From: Candidatus Binatia bacterium
GTDB lineage: Bacteria > Desulfobacterota > Binatia > UBA9968 > JAJDTQ01
Length of the DNA: 64,000 nucleotides
NCBI GenBank assembly: GCA_963666515.2
Contig: OY762897.2
Location: forward strand, 2,528,001-2,592,000
Direction of reading: 5' to 3'
The position numbers were made by a program, and so were the translations under genes. The notes under the pieces are model-generated. The model saw nothing but the letters and a program-made list of their open reading frames with translations, was not told where the DNA came from and did not search any database. Positions 38,537-50,124 of this stretch are shown one piece after another. How positions within the stretch are numbered: the first letter of the stretch is position 1; each line of letters starts with the position of its first letter.

Positions 38537-39496
38537 TCAACTCCCCGTCACGGTCGGCGCGTCCGTGGATTTCTCTGGATCGGTGTTTTCCTCAACGGCT
38601 TCCGGAGCCGCTGCCGGCGTTGCTTCAGCTTCCGGTGCCGCGGCCGGTGTTGCTGCCGCTTCCGGCGCGGGGGCCGGCGCCTGCACAGCCGCTGCTGCGG
38701 GCTCGGCTGCCGCTGCCGCCGGCTCCGTCTCCGCTACCGCCTCTTCGGCCGGCTCCTCCTCCGCGACGGCCTCGGCCTGTGCGGCTTCCGCCTCCGTCCT
38801 CGCCTGGTCGCACAACGCCTTGCCCTCGTTGACGGCTTCGGCCATGAGGCTGCAGAACAGCCGGATGGCGCGAATCGCATCGTCGTTGCCCGGGATCTTG
38901 TAGTCCACGAGGTCCGGGTCGCAGTCGGTGTCGATGATGGCGATGACCTTGATGCCGAGCTTGCGCGCCTCGCGCACCGCGATGGCCTCCTGTCCGGGAT
39001 CGATGATGAACACCGCGTCCGGCAACTTCCTGATGTCCTTGATCCCCCCGAGGGCGCGTTCCAGCTTGGCCTGCTCGCGGCTGTGCGAGAGCATTTCCTT
39101 CTTGGTCAGCGCCTCGATGATCTTGGGGTCGTTGGCCATCTCCTCGAGCTTCTTGAGGCGTTCGATGCTCTGACGGACCGTCTGGAAGTTGGTCAGGGTG
39201 CCGCCCAGCCAACGGTGATGGACGTAGGACATGCCGCAGCGTTCCGCCTCTTCACGGACCGAATCCTGGGCCTGCTTCTTGGTGCCCACGAACAGGACGT
39301 GGCCTCCGCCCGTGATCAGGTCCCGAACATAGGCGCAGACGTCCTTGACCATCCTCACGGTCTGCTGCAGGTCGATGATGTGAATCCCGTTTCGCGCCCC
39401 GAAGATGTAGGGCTTCATCTTGGGATTCCAGCGACTGGTCTGGTGTCCGAAATGGACCCCGGCTTCCAGAAGCTGCTTCATGGATACATCCGTCAT
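38537..39496 (-). CDS. rpsB: 30S ribosomal protein S2 with Ala/Glu/Pro-rich tail
   Basis: [31 protein letters not shown]. Confidence 0.98.
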   Translation of the reverse strand: MTDVSMKQLLEAGVHFGHQTSRWNPKMKPYIFGARNGIHIIDLQQTVRMVKDVCAYVRDLITGGGHVLFVGTKKQAQDSVREEAERCGMSYVHHRWLGGTLTNFQTVRQSIERLKKLEEMANDPKIIEALTKKEMLSHSREQAKLERALGGIKDIRKLPDAVFIIDPGQEAIAVREARKLGIKVIAIIDTDCDPDLVDYKIPGNDDAIRAIRLFCSLMAEAVNEGKALCDQARTEAEAAQAEAVAEEEPAEEAVAETEPAAAAAEPAAAAVQAPAPAPEAAATPAAAPEAEATPAAAPEAVEENTDPEKSTDAPTVTGS

Positions 39497-39587
39497 AACG
39501 CCAGAACCTCGAATTCTACGTAGTTCAACATCCTGTTGTCCTGTCTATCAAACCTGGGTGATCTTGCAAGGGAACTCCGGGAAGCCC

Positions 39588-40949
39588 CTATGTGTTCATG
39601 GACTCCAGAAATTCCTTGTTGTTCTTGGTGCCGTGGAGCTTGTCGATGAGGAACTCCATCGCCTCCACCACGTTGAGCTGGGACAGCACCTTGCGGAGGA
39701 TCCAGATGCGGTTGAGGTCCTCCTTGGGGATCAGCAGCTCTTCCTTGCGGGTGCCGGACTTGTTGATGTCCACGGCCGGGAACACGCGTTTGTCCATCAG
39801 CCGGCGGTCCAGGTTGATCTCCATGTTGCCGGTTCCCTTGAACTCCTCGAAGATCACCTCGTCCATGCGGCTCCCGGTGTCGATCAGGGCCGTGGCGATG
39901 ATGGTGAGGCTACCGCCGTCCTCGATGTTCCGCGCCGCGCCGAAGAACTTCTTGGGCTTGTGCAGCGCGTTGGAATCGACGCCGCCGGAGAGGATCTTGC
40001 CGCTCGGCGGCACCACGGTGTTGTAGGCCCGCGCCAGGCGGGTGATGCTGTCGAGCAGGATGATGACGTCCTTGCCGTGCTCCACCAGCCGCTTGGCCTT
40101 CTCGATGACCATCTCGGCCACCTGGACGTGGCGCGTCGCCGGCTCGTCGAAGGTGGAGCTGACCACCTCCCCGATCACAGACCGCTGCATGTCGGTGACC
40201 TCTTCCGGGCGCTCGTCGATGAGCAGGACGATGAGGACCGCATCCGGGTGGTTGTCGGCAATGGCCTTGGCGATGTTCTGCAGCATCATGGTCTTGCCGG
40301 TCCGCGGCGCCGCCACCACCAGACCCCGCTGCCCCATGCCGATGGGCGTCAGCAGGTCGATGAAACGCGTGGTGTACTCGTCCGCCTGGTGCTCCAGCGT
40401 GATGCGCTTGTCGGGATAGAGCGGGGTGAGGTTGTCGAAGAGGATCTTGTCCCGGACCTTGTCGGGGTCGCCGTTGTTGATGGTCTCGACCTTGAGGAGC
40501 GCGAAATAACGCTCGCCGTCCTTGGGAGGCCGGATCTGGCCGGAGATGATGTCTCCGGTGCGCAGGCCGAAGCGCCTGATCTGGCTGGGAGAGACGTAGA
40601 TGTCGTCCGGGCCGGGAAGGTAGTTGTAGTCCGGCGCTCTCAGGAAGCCGAACCCGTCGGGCAGGGTTTCCAGGACCCCCTCTCCGTACACGTAGCCGTT
40701 CTTCTCGGTCTGCGCCTGCAGGATGGCGAATATCAGGTCCTGCCGGCGCATGTTCGCCGCGCTCTCGATGCTGAAACCCTTGCCGATATTGGCCAACTCG
40801 GCGATCTTCTTGGCCTTGAGCGAGCTGAGGTTCAAGCCGTTCTGGTGCAGCGGCTCCGCCGCCGCAGCCGCCCGGCCCCTGCGATGGTTCGGAGCCGTTT
40901 CGCTCTTGGTCTCGACTTCTACCGCGGAGCGCGTTCGTACATTAGCCAT
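39588..40949 (-). CDS. rho: Transcription termination factor Rho
   Basis: [30 protein letters not shown]. Confidence 0.98.
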   Translation of the reverse strand: MANVRTRSAVEVETKSETAPNHRRGRAAAAAEPLHQNGLNLSSLKAKKIAELANIGKGFSIESAANMRRQDLIFAILQAQTEKNGYVYGEGVLETLPDGFGFLRAPDYNYLPGPDDIYVSPSQIRRFGLRTGDIISGQIRPPKDGERYFALLKVETINNGDPDKVRDKILFDNLTPLYPDKRITLEHQADEYTTRFIDLLTPIGMGQRGLVVAAPRTGKTMMLQNIAKAIADNHPDAVLIVLLIDERPEEVTDMQRSVIGEVVSSTFDEPATRHVQVAEMVIEKAKRLVEHGKDVIILLDSITRLARAYNTVVPPSGKILSGGVDSNALHKPKKFFGAARNIEDGGSLTIIATALIDTGSRMDEVIFEEFKGTGNMEINLDRRLMDKRVFPAVDINKSGTRKEELLIPKEDLNRIWILRKVLSQLNVVEAMEFLIDKLHGTKNNKEFLESMNT

Positions 40950-41096
40950 GAAACTTCCTTTCAATCACGCTGCCGGCGGCCTGTCGAACCGGACAAGAAG
41001 CGACGGCGAAGCAGGACAAAACGGAACGATTTGTAGCAATGATTGATAAAGCGGATTGGATCGGAAACGATTGGTTAAGGCGCCGTGGCCGGAAGC

Positions 41097-42068
41097 CTAG
41101 ATACTAGGTGAAACAGGGGGCTTTGTCAAGCATGCCCCGGCCGGGCCCTCTGCGGCGTTGCGGCTCAGCGCCCCGCGGGCCTGGACCACGTCTTCTTCGA
41201 TCTGCCGGACCAGTCCTTCGACCGACGGAAAGTTCCGCTCCTCCCGGAGTCTTTCCACGAAGGAGACCTTCAGTCGGCGGCCGTAAAGGTCCTCCTCGAA
41301 ATCCAGTATGTGAGTCTCGATGGTCCTCGGCCCCGACCCGAACGTGGGGTTCACCCCGATGCTGGTGACGCTGTGCAGTTGCCGGCCGCCCACCCGAACC
41401 AGCGTCGCATAGATCCCGTTGGCCGGCACCACCTCCGTCCGGCTACGCACGTTGGCGGTGGGGAAGCCGAGTTCCCGGCCTCGTTGATGACCCTTGACGA
41501 CGGACCCTTCGATGAAATGGCAACGACCGAGCTGCCGGCGCGCGACGTCCACTCGCCCCTCTTCGAGCAACGCCCGGATACGGCTGCTGCTGATGGCGCG
41601 GTCCGATTCCGCCACGGCTCGAATGACCTCCACCTCCATCCCCGCGGCCGGGCCCCAGGTCATGAGATCCTCGACCTTGCCGGCCCTGTCCTTGCCGAAA
41701 CGAAAATCTTCTCCAACCCACAGCCTCTCCACCCCGAGCCGCACCAGGTACCGGCTTACGAAGGCACGCGCCGACAACGCGCAAAAGCCCGGCGTGAAGC
41801 GCTGGATCACCACGCAGTCGATGCCGACGCGCCGCAACAGCGCCAGCTTGTCCTTGCGCGCCAGGATCAACCGCGGCGCGAACCTCGGGGCGAGAATCTT
41901 CAACGGGTGGGGCTCGAAGGTCAGCACCACCGCGGCTCCTCCGCGTGACCGCGCGTCTTCCATCACGCGGCGCAACAGGTCCTGGTGTCCCAGATGCACC
42001 CCGTCGAAGTTTCCAATGGTCATGACGGGACGAACAAGGGGGTGCTTGACGTGCCGCAAAATCTGCAT
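41097..42068 (-). CDS. ribF: Bifunctional riboflavin kinase/FAD synthetase
   Basis: GNFDGVHLGH, ISSSRIR, LGFPTAN, LREERNF. Confidence 0.97.
   Translation of the reverse strand: MQILRHVKHPLVRPVMTIGNFDGVHLGHQDLLRRVMEDARSRGGAAVVLTFEPHPLKILAPRFAPRLILARKDKLALLRRVGIDCVVIQRFTPGFCALSARAFVSRYLVRLGVERLWVGEDFRFGKDRAGKVEDLMTWGPAAGMEVEVIRAVAESDRAISSSRIRALLEEGRVDVARRQLGRCHFIEGSVVKGHQRGRELGFPTANVRSRTEVVPANGIYATLVRVGGRQLHSVTSIGVNPTFGSGPRTIETHILDFEEDLYGRRLKVSFVERLREERNFPSVEGLVRQIEEDVVQARGALSRNAAEGPAGACLTKPPVSPSI
41101..41129 (-). promoter_or_regulatory. rho promoter
   Basis: TTGACA-N17-TAGTAT. Confidence 0.6.
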
Positions 42069-42159
42069 CGTGTTCCTGGAAGGATGCCCGCACGGGCCGG
42101 ATCAAGGCCGGGTCCGGGAATCCGCCGCTCACGCTCGCGGAAAATCCGGCTGCCCGGGA

Positions 42160-43053
42160 TCAGGTGTCCAGGGCTCGAATCTTCTCTTGCGCCTTTTCGG
42201 CTTCTTTGGATTGCGGGTAGCGATTGATGACTTCCTGGAGAATGAGCCTTGCATCGACCCGATTCCCCAGCTCGGCGAAAGCGTAGCCTATCTTGAGCCA
42301 GGCCGCCGGGACCTTGTCGCCCTTCGGGTATTTCTTGCGGACCACGTCGAATTCCAGAATGGCTTCGTCGAACTCCTTGAGCGCATAATAACTTTCGCCG
42401 ATCCAGTACTGCGCGTTGTCCGTCAGGTTGCTGTCCGGAAACATTTCGACGAACTTCTTGAACCGTTCGATGGCGCCGCGATAGTCCCTTTCACGCAGGC
42501 GCTTCCACGCATCTTCGTAGTCCTGCTGGGCGGCCGCGGCCTGGTCGCCGCCCGGCGTCTCGCCCCCGGATACGCCCGGTCCGGGAGCCGCGGTCACGGG
42601 AGCTCCCGTTTCCGGCGTCTCGGCCGCGGGACTCGCGGGCGTCTCGCCGGTCTTCAGGACGGCGTCCCGCAACAGGCGAAGCTCATCCTCACGCACCTTC
42701 AACAGTTCGCGCTGGGTCTTGACCTCCGCCTCCAGGGCCGCCAACCGGCGGAGCAGCTCCGCCACGTCTCCGGAACCGGCGCCCTGGCCCGTTCCGCTCC
42801 GCATTTCCTCGACGGCACCCTCCGCGGCGTTCAAGCGCCCCCGCATGGAGGCGACCTCCGCCCGGGTATCGGCCAACTGCTTGCGGGTCTGGTCGAGTTG
42901 CGCCGACAGGTTGTTCAACACCGCCCACTCGCGCTCGGTCAACGACGCCTGGCCATGAGGCACGGGCGCCGCATGATAGTCCACGGTGCAGCCCCATAGC
43001 GGGACCAGCAGGATGAAGCCTGAAGCGGTCCGGGCAAAGATTGACATCGACAT
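42160..43053 (-). CDS. cpoB: Tol-Pal TPR protein CpoB/YbgF
   Basis: Coiled coil plus TPR (DNAQYWIGESYY); follows pal. Confidence 0.88.
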   Translation of the reverse strand: MSMSIFARTASGFILLVPLWGCTVDYHAAPVPHGQASLTEREWAVLNNLSAQLDQTRKQLADTRAEVASMRGRLNAAEGAVEEMRSGTGQGAGSGDVAELLRRLAALEAEVKTQRELLKVREDELRLLRDAVLKTGETPASPAAETPETGAPVTAAPGPGVSGGETPGGDQAAAAQQDYEDAWKRLRERDYRGAIERFKKFVEMFPDSNLTDNAQYWIGESYYALKEFDEAILEFDVVRKKYPKGDKVPAAWLKIGYAFAELGNRVDARLILQEVINRYPQSKEAEKAQEKIRALDT

Positions 43054-43141
43054 GAAGCCCTCTCACGAACGGAGAAGCGGCGCGGCCGGGAGCGGTATCG
43101 AACGCGATGTGGACGCGGGCGGGCTTGGAAACCCCATGCAA

Positions 43142-43726
43142 CTACGAGGCCGGCTTCTGAGTCCGGACGACGAAATGCGCGCGCCGGTTCTTGCGCCAAC
43201 ACTCCTCCGAGTCCGTTCCACAGACCGGGAGTTCTTCACCGTAACTGATGGTGGAAAGACGGTCCGGAGCGTTTCCCAACGTAACGAGATAGTCCTTGAC
43301 CGCCTGAGCCCTTCGAGCGCCCAGGGCAAGGTTGTATTCGTTGGTGCCCCGATTGTCCGCATGACCTTCGATCTCTACGGAGACGCCGGGGTTCTGCTTG
43401 ATCCAGTCCGAGTTGCGCTGCAGCGCGTCACGCGCCTCGGCTCCCAACTCGGAGCGGTCGAACTCGAAGTAGACGTCCTCCAGCACGCCCTGGTCCGGGG
43501 AAGTGCCTTCCTGATGGGCGACGAGGCTCCCCTGGCCCAGCCCTTGACCCGCCTCCTGCTGGCCGCTCTCCTGGGACAGAGTGCCCTCGGTGATGGCGCT
43601 GGCGTCGGTCTGGGCCCCGGCCGCCGGATCGGTCCCCTGCTCACCCGGTTCGGGCGCCGGCACACAGGAGACGAGCAGCAGCAAGGACAGGGAACAAGAC
43701 AGCGAGACAAGCGCTTTTCTCAGCAT
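43142..43726 (-). CDS. pal: Peptidoglycan-associated lipoprotein
   Basis: Lipobox LVSC; VYFEFD, IEGHADNRGTNEYNLALG, NRRA. Confidence 0.95.
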   Translation of the reverse strand: MLRKALVSLSCSLSLLLLVSCVPAPEPGEQGTDPAAGAQTDASAITEGTLSQESGQQEAGQGLGQGSLVAHQEGTSPDQGVLEDVYFEFDRSELGAEARDALQRNSDWIKQNPGVSVEIEGHADNRGTNEYNLALGARRAQAVKDYLVTLGNAPDRLSTISYGEELPVCGTDSEECWRKNRRAHFVVRTQKPAS

Positions 43727-43819
43727 CCGTTTACTTTCTGGCCTTCCAAGGCTGGGTTGGAGCGACTGAACGAGGAGATGACGATTCAGGACTGGACGAG
43801 TCACGACTAGGAGTCAGAA

Positions 43820-45205
43820 CTACCGAAGCCGAGGCGACCACGAGGGATGTGTATCATTTGCCGTGGACCCTGTCAATCGTCTCTGGCTCTCTCCGTCACG
43901 GCGCATCGTATATATTCGACGGGAACCCGTCCGGTCCGACGTAAAGGCAATGAACCGCCCATCCGGCGACCACGACGGATCTTCGTCATTGTGCCGGTTG
44001 GAGGTGATCATCCGCTGGTCGCTGCCGTCCGGACGAATGGTGAAGATCTTCATGACGCCGTTCGACCGTCCCGCGAACGCAATCAACTCTCCGGTGGGCG
44101 ACCAGTCGGGCGACTGGTTGTAGTTGCCCTTGAACGTCAGCCGCCGGATCTTTCCGGTGGAGAGTTCGACGATGTATAGTTGAGGGGACCCGTGCCGGTC
44201 GGACACGAACGCTATCCTCCGGCCGTCGGGCGACCAGGTGGGAGAGATGTCGATGCTCGCATTCTTCGTGAGGCGCCGCACGATGGCCCCCGAGCGGTTC
44301 AGAAGGTAGAGGTCCTGGTTGCTCTGCCGTTCCAGCGGCGTGGCCAGGTACTGTCCGTCCAGCGACCAGCGGCCGCGCAGGTTCAGCCCGTCGCCCGTGG
44401 AGATGGGCGTCTCCCGGTTCGTAACGAGATCGAAGCCCATCACCTGCGGCTTGCCCGTCTTGTAGGAGAGAAAGACGAGCCCCTTGCCGTCCGGCGACCA
44501 CGACGGGAACAGGTTGATGGTCCGGTTGTTCGTTACCTTCTTCTTCTCGGTGCCGTCGAGGTGCGATACGTATATCTCCTTGAACCGGTCCCTTCCGGTG
44601 GACACGTAGGCGATCCTGGTATCGAACGCCCCCCGTACGCCGGTCAGCTTCAGGATGATCTCATCGACGAACTTGTGCGCCATTCGGCGCGCGTCCCGGA
44701 CCTCGCCCTGGTAAGCCTTTCCGAAGATCGACCGCTGCTGGAAAACGTCGTACAGCCAGAACTCGAACTTGACACGGTCGCCCCGGACGAGGAAGGCGCC
44801 CTTGACCAGCCCTTCGGCTCCTATGGTCGACCAGTCGCGAAAGTCGAAGCCGCCCAAACGGACCCCGGTTCGCTGCGGATTCTCGATGTAGGCGCCCCGG
44901 TCGATGATCTTGAACCAGCCGGAGCGGTCCAGGTCGTCCGCGATGACGTCGGCAATCCGCTCGGAAAGGCGCTCGCCGTCGTCCACGGCGCCGAGGTTCC
45001 TGAGCGGCGAAACCGCCATCCGGTAACGCTCGGCGCCCGGTCCGAGGATCAGGCCCTTGACCTGCGCCTGCACGGTCCCTGCAAACAGCCAGCAGAGCAC
45101 CAAGCCGGCGACGGTCCACCCGACCGCGCGACGCGGCCCGGTTCCAGCACTCTCCACACGTCTGCCGGCTCCATGCGATGACCGCGGTATGCTTCTTCCT
45201 CTCAT
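43820..45205 (-). CDS. tolB: Tol-Pal beta-propeller protein
   Basis: AH..VDEII..LTG..G.F.TRIAYV, repeated PSWSPDG. Confidence 0.95.
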   Translation of the reverse strand: MRGRSIPRSSHGAGRRVESAGTGPRRAVGWTVAGLVLCWLFAGTVQAQVKGLILGPGAERYRMAVSPLRNLGAVDDGERLSERIADVIADDLDRSGWFKIIDRGAYIENPQRTGVRLGGFDFRDWSTIGAEGLVKGAFLVRGDRVKFEFWLYDVFQQRSIFGKAYQGEVRDARRMAHKFVDEIILKLTGVRGAFDTRIAYVSTGRDRFKEIYVSHLDGTEKKKVTNNRTINLFPSWSPDGKGLVFLSYKTGKPQVMGFDLVTNRETPISTGDGLNLRGRWSLDGQYLATPLERQSNQDLYLLNRSGAIVRRLTKNASIDISPTWSPDGRRIAFVSDRHGSPQLYIVELSTGKIRRLTFKGNYNQSPDWSPTGELIAFAGRSNGVMKIFTIRPDGSDQRMITSNRHNDEDPSWSPDGRFIAFTSDRTGSRRIYTMRRDGESQRRLTGSTANDTHPSWSPRLR

Positions 45206-45226
45206 GGTCCAAGGGTCCCTTTCGCT

Positions 45227-46315
45227 CTAGCCGTCCAGGTCGCCGGGCCGGAACGTCACCTCGACCTCCGCAAACTCGCGCGCGTAACGCGGCGGCGGCG
45301 GCCGCAGGGAAGCGCTCGCTCTCCGCACCGCCCGCACCACCGACTCGTCGTAGGACGCGTCCCCCGAGGACTTCAGCAGCTTGAGCCCGAAAACTCCCCC
45401 ATCGGCCGCGACGCCGAATCCCACCGTTACCTCCAGGTCCCTGCGTCTGCCGATCCAGGTCCAACGATCCTTTATGAGGTTCAGCATCTCGTTGCGGTAG
45501 GCCACGAACTCCATCCCCCGCAGCACATCGCCGCCGCTGCCTTTGCCGCCGGCGCCCGTCCCCTGCCCGACACGGGCCTCGCGGCGCAACCGGGCCCGCT
45601 CCCTGGCCGTGGCCACGGCGTCGTCGATACGCCGCTGTCTCAGTCTTTCGACGAGCTGCCGCTCCTTTCCAGCCTTCCGTTTCGGCTTCGGGGCCTTGGA
45701 CGCTTTCCCGGCAAGCTTCGCGGGACCCTTCGGAGCGCGTTTCGTCCGCTTGACGGCCTTCTTCGGCTTGGCGGCCTTCCTGGGCTTCACCGTCTTCTTC
45801 GGCTTGACCGTCTTCTTCTTCGGCTTTTCGGGCGCCTTCACGGCTTTCTTGACCGGGGGCGCCTCCTTGACCTTCGGCTTCGGCGGCTTCTTCGCCTGTT
45901 TCTTCTTCGGCGGCGGGACCTGCTTCTCGGAAACCTTGACGCTCCTGGGCGGCTCCGGAACGACCGTCTCCAGGAGAGCCTCTTCCAAACCTTCTTCTTC
46001 CACGAGGGGAGAAGTCTCGACCCGCGGCGGTTCGGCCTTTCGCGGCTCGGGTTTTCGGGGAGCGGCCGGCGGCGCCGGCATGCTTCCCGCCACGATATCC
46101 ACCGTGTACACCGGGACGGGCAGGTCCCGCCGCGCCGTGCTCGTCGGCGCCGCCAGCAACGTCGCGATCAGCGCCAGATGAAGAGCGCCCGAAAAGCAGA
46201 TCCACCACCTCAGACGGTTGGCGCGCGATCCGCCAGGGCCCGGCCGGCGGTCGCCGTCTCCGGTAAGGAGCGCCCGCAAATCCCGCAACGTTCCTGAAAT
46301 GCGCTCTCGCCACAT
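45227..46315 (-). CDS. tolA: TolA/TonB-like inner membrane protein
   Basis: S..LH TM helix, Lys/Pro-rich linker, C-terminal SSGD..YD.SV.RAV. Confidence 0.85.
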   Translation of the reverse strand: MWRERISGTLRDLRALLTGDGDRRPGPGGSRANRLRWWICFSGALHLALIATLLAAPTSTARRDLPVPVYTVDIVAGSMPAPPAAPRKPEPRKAEPPRVETSPLVEEEGLEEALLETVVPEPPRSVKVSEKQVPPPKKKQAKKPPKPKVKEAPPVKKAVKAPEKPKKKTVKPKKTVKPRKAAKPKKAVKRTKRAPKGPAKLAGKASKAPKPKRKAGKERQLVERLRQRRIDDAVATARERARLRREARVGQGTGAGGKGSGGDVLRGMEFVAYRNEMLNLIKDRWTWIGRRRDLEVTVGFGVAADGGVFGLKLLKSSGDASYDESVVRAVRRASASLRPPPPRYAREFAEVEVTFRPGDLDG

Positions 46316-46341
46316 GGCCGATTCGGATCCTCCCGCTGCTC

Positions 46342-46761
46342 TCACCGGTCGGTCAGAGGAAGGGCCATCATGCCGAGCTTCTCTATACCGGCGCCCTTGA
46401 TCTCACCGATGGCGGCGATCACCGACCCGTAGCGGACGTCGCGGTCCGCCCGCAGGTAAACCGGCTTTCCGGCGTCCAGTTTCCGGATGGCCTCCAGCTT
46501 GCTCCGCAGCTCGACCGGAGTGACCTCGTTGTCGTTCAGGTAGATCCGGCCCTCCCGCGAAACGGTAACGATCAGGGGCTCAGCTTCGCCCAACACCGGG
46601 CTGGCCTTGGCTTGGGGCAGGTTGACCTCCATGCCCTGCTGGATGATCGGCGCCGTCACCATGAAGATTACCAGCAGCACCAGCATGACGTCCACGAAAG
46701 GGGTGACGTTGATGTTCGACAACGGCAACTTGTCGCGCCCCTGGTTGACGTCGGCCGCCAT
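46342..46761 (-). CDS. tolR: TolR
   Basis: INVTPFVDVMLVLLVIFMVTAP, LRAD..V.YG. Confidence 0.94.
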   Translation of the reverse strand: MAADVNQGRDKLPLSNINVTPFVDVMLVLLVIFMVTAPIIQQGMEVNLPQAKASPVLGEAEPLIVTVSREGRIYLNDNEVTPVELRSKLEAIRKLDAGKPVYLRADRDVRYGSVIAAIGEIKGAGIEKLGMMALPLTDR

Positions 46762-46799
46762 GGCTCAACCTTTCTCCGTACGGACCGCCCGCGTGATTC

Positions 46800-47543
46800 C
46801 TAGGACTTCTTGGTGAAATGGCGCTCCGCGATGTTGAGGAACTCCTGAGTGAAGTTCTCCATCTCCGCGGCCAACACCCGGATCTCCTGAAGGAAATGGT
46901 TGTAGGCTATCAGCGCGGGAATCGCCGCCAGCAGGCCGGCGGCCGTGGCGACCAGCGCTTCGGCGATGCCCGGCGCGACCGCCTGGATCGTCGACGACCG
47001 GGTAACGCTGAGCCCGCGGAAGGCGTTCATGATCCCCCACACCGTGCCGAACAGGCCGATGAACGGCGTCGAACCGGAGGTCGTCGCCAGGAAGGTCAGG
47101 GTCTGCTCCAGCTTCGTCAGCTCGACGTTGGCGGCGCGTTTCATGGCCCGCGCCACGTTGTCCACCCCGCTCAGGTCGGTGGTGAGGCCTTCCGTTTCCG
47201 CGGCGCTCCGGCGGGATACCCGGAGTAACTCCTGGTACCCGGCGCTGAACACCTGCGCCACCGGGCTCGCCTCCAGCTCCCGGCTGGCTTCGTGTATGGA
47301 GGCAAGGTTGCGGCTCTCCCAGAAGATCTCGATGAACCGGGCCGACTGCTTCTTCGCCTCTCGCACGTGCCGGAACTTGAAAAGGATGATACCCCAACTG
47401 ACCACCGAAAAGAGAATCAGCAGGTAGAGCACCATCTGGACCACCGGACCCGATCCCAGGACCAGGTCGAGGATGCCCTGCTGCTCCATTCTCATGGTGT
47501 CGGGTTGAACCGCTAGCTGGTAAATCGAGAAGTACGGCATCAA
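46800..47543 (-). CDS. tolQ: TolQ (start uncertain)
   Basis: PFIGLFGTVWGIM, VAPGIAEALVATA. Confidence 0.95.
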   Translation of the reverse strand: MMPYFSIYQLAVQPDTMRMEQQGILDLVLGSGPVVQMVLYLLILFSVVSWGIILFKFRHVREAKKQSARFIEIFWESRNLASIHEASRELEASPVAQVFSAGYQELLRVSRRSAAETEGLTTDLSGVDNVARAMKRAANVELTKLEQTLTFLATTSGSTPFIGLFGTVWGIMNAFRGLSVTRSSTIQAVAPGIAEALVATAAGLLAAIPALIAYNHFLQEIRVLAAEMENFTQEFLNIAERHFTKKS

Positions 47544-47635
47544 ACCGGCATCAACAGTACGGCTTCAAACCCCTGCTATCTTGAAAGTTTATTTTAATCG
47601 CAGTACCTAGTCAATTGGCCTCGCCTCGGGAAGTC

Positions 47636-48823
47636 ATGCTCCGCAACGTTTCAGAACTGGATCTGGGGGGAAAGACGGTGTTTCTCCGGGTGGACTTCAA
47701 CGTGCCCCTGGCCGACGGAGTCATCACGGAGACGCATCGCATCGACAGCTCGCTGCCGACGGTCCGTTTCCTGCTCGAGAAAGCCGCCCGCCTCATAATC
47801 GCCTCCCACCTGGGCCGGCCCGGAGGAGCGCACGACCCCCGCTGGAGCCTGGCGCCGGTGCGACGCTACCTGGAGCGGAAGCTGTCCCGGCCGGTGCGGC
47901 TCGCGCCCGACTGCGTGGGCGCCGAAGTCCGGCGGCTGCTCGCGGACCCGGAAGGAGACGGCATCGTGCTGCTGGAGAACCTGCGGTTTCATTCCGGCGA
48001 GGAAGCCAACGACCCGGAATTCGCGGCATCGCTGGCCGCCCTGGCCGACGTCTACGTCAACGACGCCTTTGGCGCCGCGCACCGGGCGCACGCGTCGACC
48101 GCGGGCATGGCCCGGCACTTCCGGGAGAAGGGCGCGGGTCTCCTGTTCCACAGGGAGGTGGACTACCTGTCGCGCATCCTGAGCGCGCCGGAGCGGCCCG
48201 TGGCCGCCATCCTGGGCGGCGCGAAGGTCTCGGACAAGATCGGCATCCTCCGCAACCTGATTCCGCGGGTGGACCGGATCCTGGTCGGCGGCGCCATGGC
48301 GTACACGTTCCTGAGCGCCCGCGGCGTAGCCGTCGGACGGTCGCTTCTGGAAAGGGATTCCCTTGCGGTCGCCAGGGACATCATGGACGGGGCGGAGCGG
48401 TCCGGAGTCCCGTTCGTGCTCCCGGTGGACCACGTGGCGGCCGGGAACGCGGCCGGCGACGGCCGTGGCGTGACCGCCGGCGCGGACATTCCCGAAGACC
48501 GCATGGGCCTCGACATCGGCCCGAAGACGGCGGCCCTGTTCGCGGACAAGCTGGCGGATGCGGCCGTGGCGCTGTGGAACGGCCCCCTGGGGCTCTTCGA
48601 ACGGGACCCCTTTCATCACGGGACGGTTTCGGTGGCTCGGGCGCTGGCGGCCTCGGACGCCACCACCGTCATCGCCGGCGGAGACACGGTGGCGGCCGTG
48701 CGGCTTGCCGGAGCCGCTGAATCCATGACACACCTGTCCACCGGAGGCGGAGCCGCGCTGGAGTTCCTCGAGGGCAGGACGCTTCCCGGCGTCCGCGCCC
48801 TGGAGGTCGCGGACCCCTTGTGA
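47636..48823 (+). CDS. pgk: Phosphoglycerate kinase
   Basis: [35 protein letters not shown]. Confidence 0.97.
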   Translation: MLRNVSELDLGGKTVFLRVDFNVPLADGVITETHRIDSSLPTVRFLLEKAARLIIASHLGRPGGAHDPRWSLAPVRRYLERKLSRPVRLAPDCVGAEVRRLLADPEGDGIVLLENLRFHSGEEANDPEFAASLAALADVYVNDAFGAAHRAHASTAGMARHFREKGAGLLFHREVDYLSRILSAPERPVAAILGGAKVSDKIGILRNLIPRVDRILVGGAMAYTFLSARGVAVGRSLLERDSLAVARDIMDGAERSGVPFVLPVDHVAAGNAAGDGRGVTAGADIPEDRMGLDIGPKTAALFADKLADAAVALWNGPLGLFERDPFHHGTVSVARALAASDATTVIAGGDTVAAVRLAGAAESMTHLSTGGGAALEFLEGRTLPGVRALEVADPL

Positions 48824-48825
48824 CC

Positions 48826-49614
48826 ATGGCAAGACGAACGGTCATAGCCAACTGGAAAATGCACGGGAGCCGGACCGAGGCTCGCGCCCTGGCGCGCGGC
48901 GTCCGGCGGCTGCTGAGCAACCGGTTCGGCGATGTCGAGGTGGTGCTGGCGCCGCCCTTGACCTCCCTAGAGGCGGTGCAGCGTACGGTCCGGGGAAGCC
49001 GCCTGCGCTTGGCCGCGCAAAACCTCCACTGGCAGCCGCAGGGAGCGTTCACCGGTGAGGTGAACGCGGACATGCTGCGCGACGCGGGTTGCAGCCACGT
49101 GATCGTGGGCCACTCCGAGCGCCGCCGGCTCTTCGGCGAAACCAACCGCGACTTCGGACGAAAGCTCGCCGCCGCCCTCGACGCCTCCCTGAAGCCGGTT
49201 CTCTGCATCGGCGAGACCCTGCGGGAGCGACGCGGCGGGCGCACGTGGCGCACGCTCTCCGCCCAGCTTTCGGGCGCGTTGAAGGGCATCCCGAAAAGTG
49301 TTAGTGGTTGTCTGGCAGTGGCTTACGAGCCGGTCTGGGCCATCGGCACGGGCAGGAACGCGGCCCCGGCGCAGGTGATGGAAGCCCACGGCTGGATCCG
49401 GCGCGCACTCGCGCGCAGGTTCGGAGCCGCGCGGGCGAAGGAGATACCCATCCTTTACGGCGGCAGCGTGAACCCCGGCAACGCCCCCGAGCTGGCTCGG
49501 GTTGCGGAGGTCGACGGCGTGCTCGTGGGGGGCGCCAGCCTCGACCATCGAAGCTTCGCAGCGATCGTAAGCGCGTTCTCGGAACAGCAGAACCAACGGA
49601 CACGAGAGACATGA
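48826..49614 (+). CDS. tpiA: Triosephosphate isomerase
   Basis: [27 protein letters not shown]. Confidence 0.97.
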   Translation: MARRTVIANWKMHGSRTEARALARGVRRLLSNRFGDVEVVLAPPLTSLEAVQRTVRGSRLRLAAQNLHWQPQGAFTGEVNADMLRDAGCSHVIVGHSERRRLFGETNRDFGRKLAAALDASLKPVLCIGETLRERRGGRTWRTLSAQLSGALKGIPKSVSGCLAVAYEPVWAIGTGRNAAPAQVMEAHGWIRRALARRFGAARAKEIPILYGGSVNPGNAPELARVAEVDGVLVGGASLDHRSFAAIVSAFSEQQNQRTRET

Positions 49615-49958
49615 TCATCCTGGTGACAACCGTTCACATTCTCGTTTGCCTGGGCCTCGTCGTCGTGGTCCTGCTGCAAACGGGCAAGGGAACCGACATG
49701 GGCGCCGCATTCGGCGGCGGCGCGAGCACGACGGTCTTCGGCAGCAGCGGCGCGGGCAATTTCCTCACCCGGCTGACCACCGGGATGGCGGTGGTGTTCA
49801 TGCTGACCAGCCTGACGCTGGGCTACTTCGCCGAACAGAGGCCGGACGCCAGCATCTTCGAAAGCGTCACGCCCCAGGCCCAGACCGCGCCGGCCCCGGC
49901 TGACGCGCCCGCGGCGGCCAGCCCCGAGAAGCCCGCGGAACCGCCGGCTTCTCCCTGA
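49611..49958 (+). CDS. secG: Preprotein translocase subunit SecG
   Basis: VLLQTGKG.DMGAAFGGG..TVFG..NFLTRLT. Confidence 0.95.
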   Translation: MIILVTTVHILVCLGLVVVVLLQTGKGTDMGAAFGGGASTTVFGSSGAGNFLTRLTTGMAVVFMLTSLTLGYFAEQRPDASIFESVTPQAQTAPAPADAPAAASPEKPAEPPASP

Positions 49959-49976
49959 ACGATGTTCGAGAGACGT

Positions 49977-50063
49977 GCGAGGATGGCGGAATAGGCAGAC
50001 GCGCTAGCTTGAGGGGCTAGTGCCAGCAATGGCGTGGGGGTTCAAGTCCCCCTCCTCGCACCA
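49977..50063 (+). tRNA. tRNA-Leu(GAG)
   Basis: GCGAGGA acceptor stem, CTAGC-TTGAGGG-GCTAG anticodon arm, long variable arm, TTCAAG T-loop, encoded CCA. Confidence 0.96.
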
Positions 50064-50124
50064 AACCCCTCCCACCCTCCACCCACTCTCCGAGGTCCCG
50101 CGCCGGGGCCTCAGCCAGCTTCAT

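Noticed and set aside
45660-45920. Lys/Pro/Ala low-complexity repeats
   Set aside because: Normal TolA/TonB periplasmic linker
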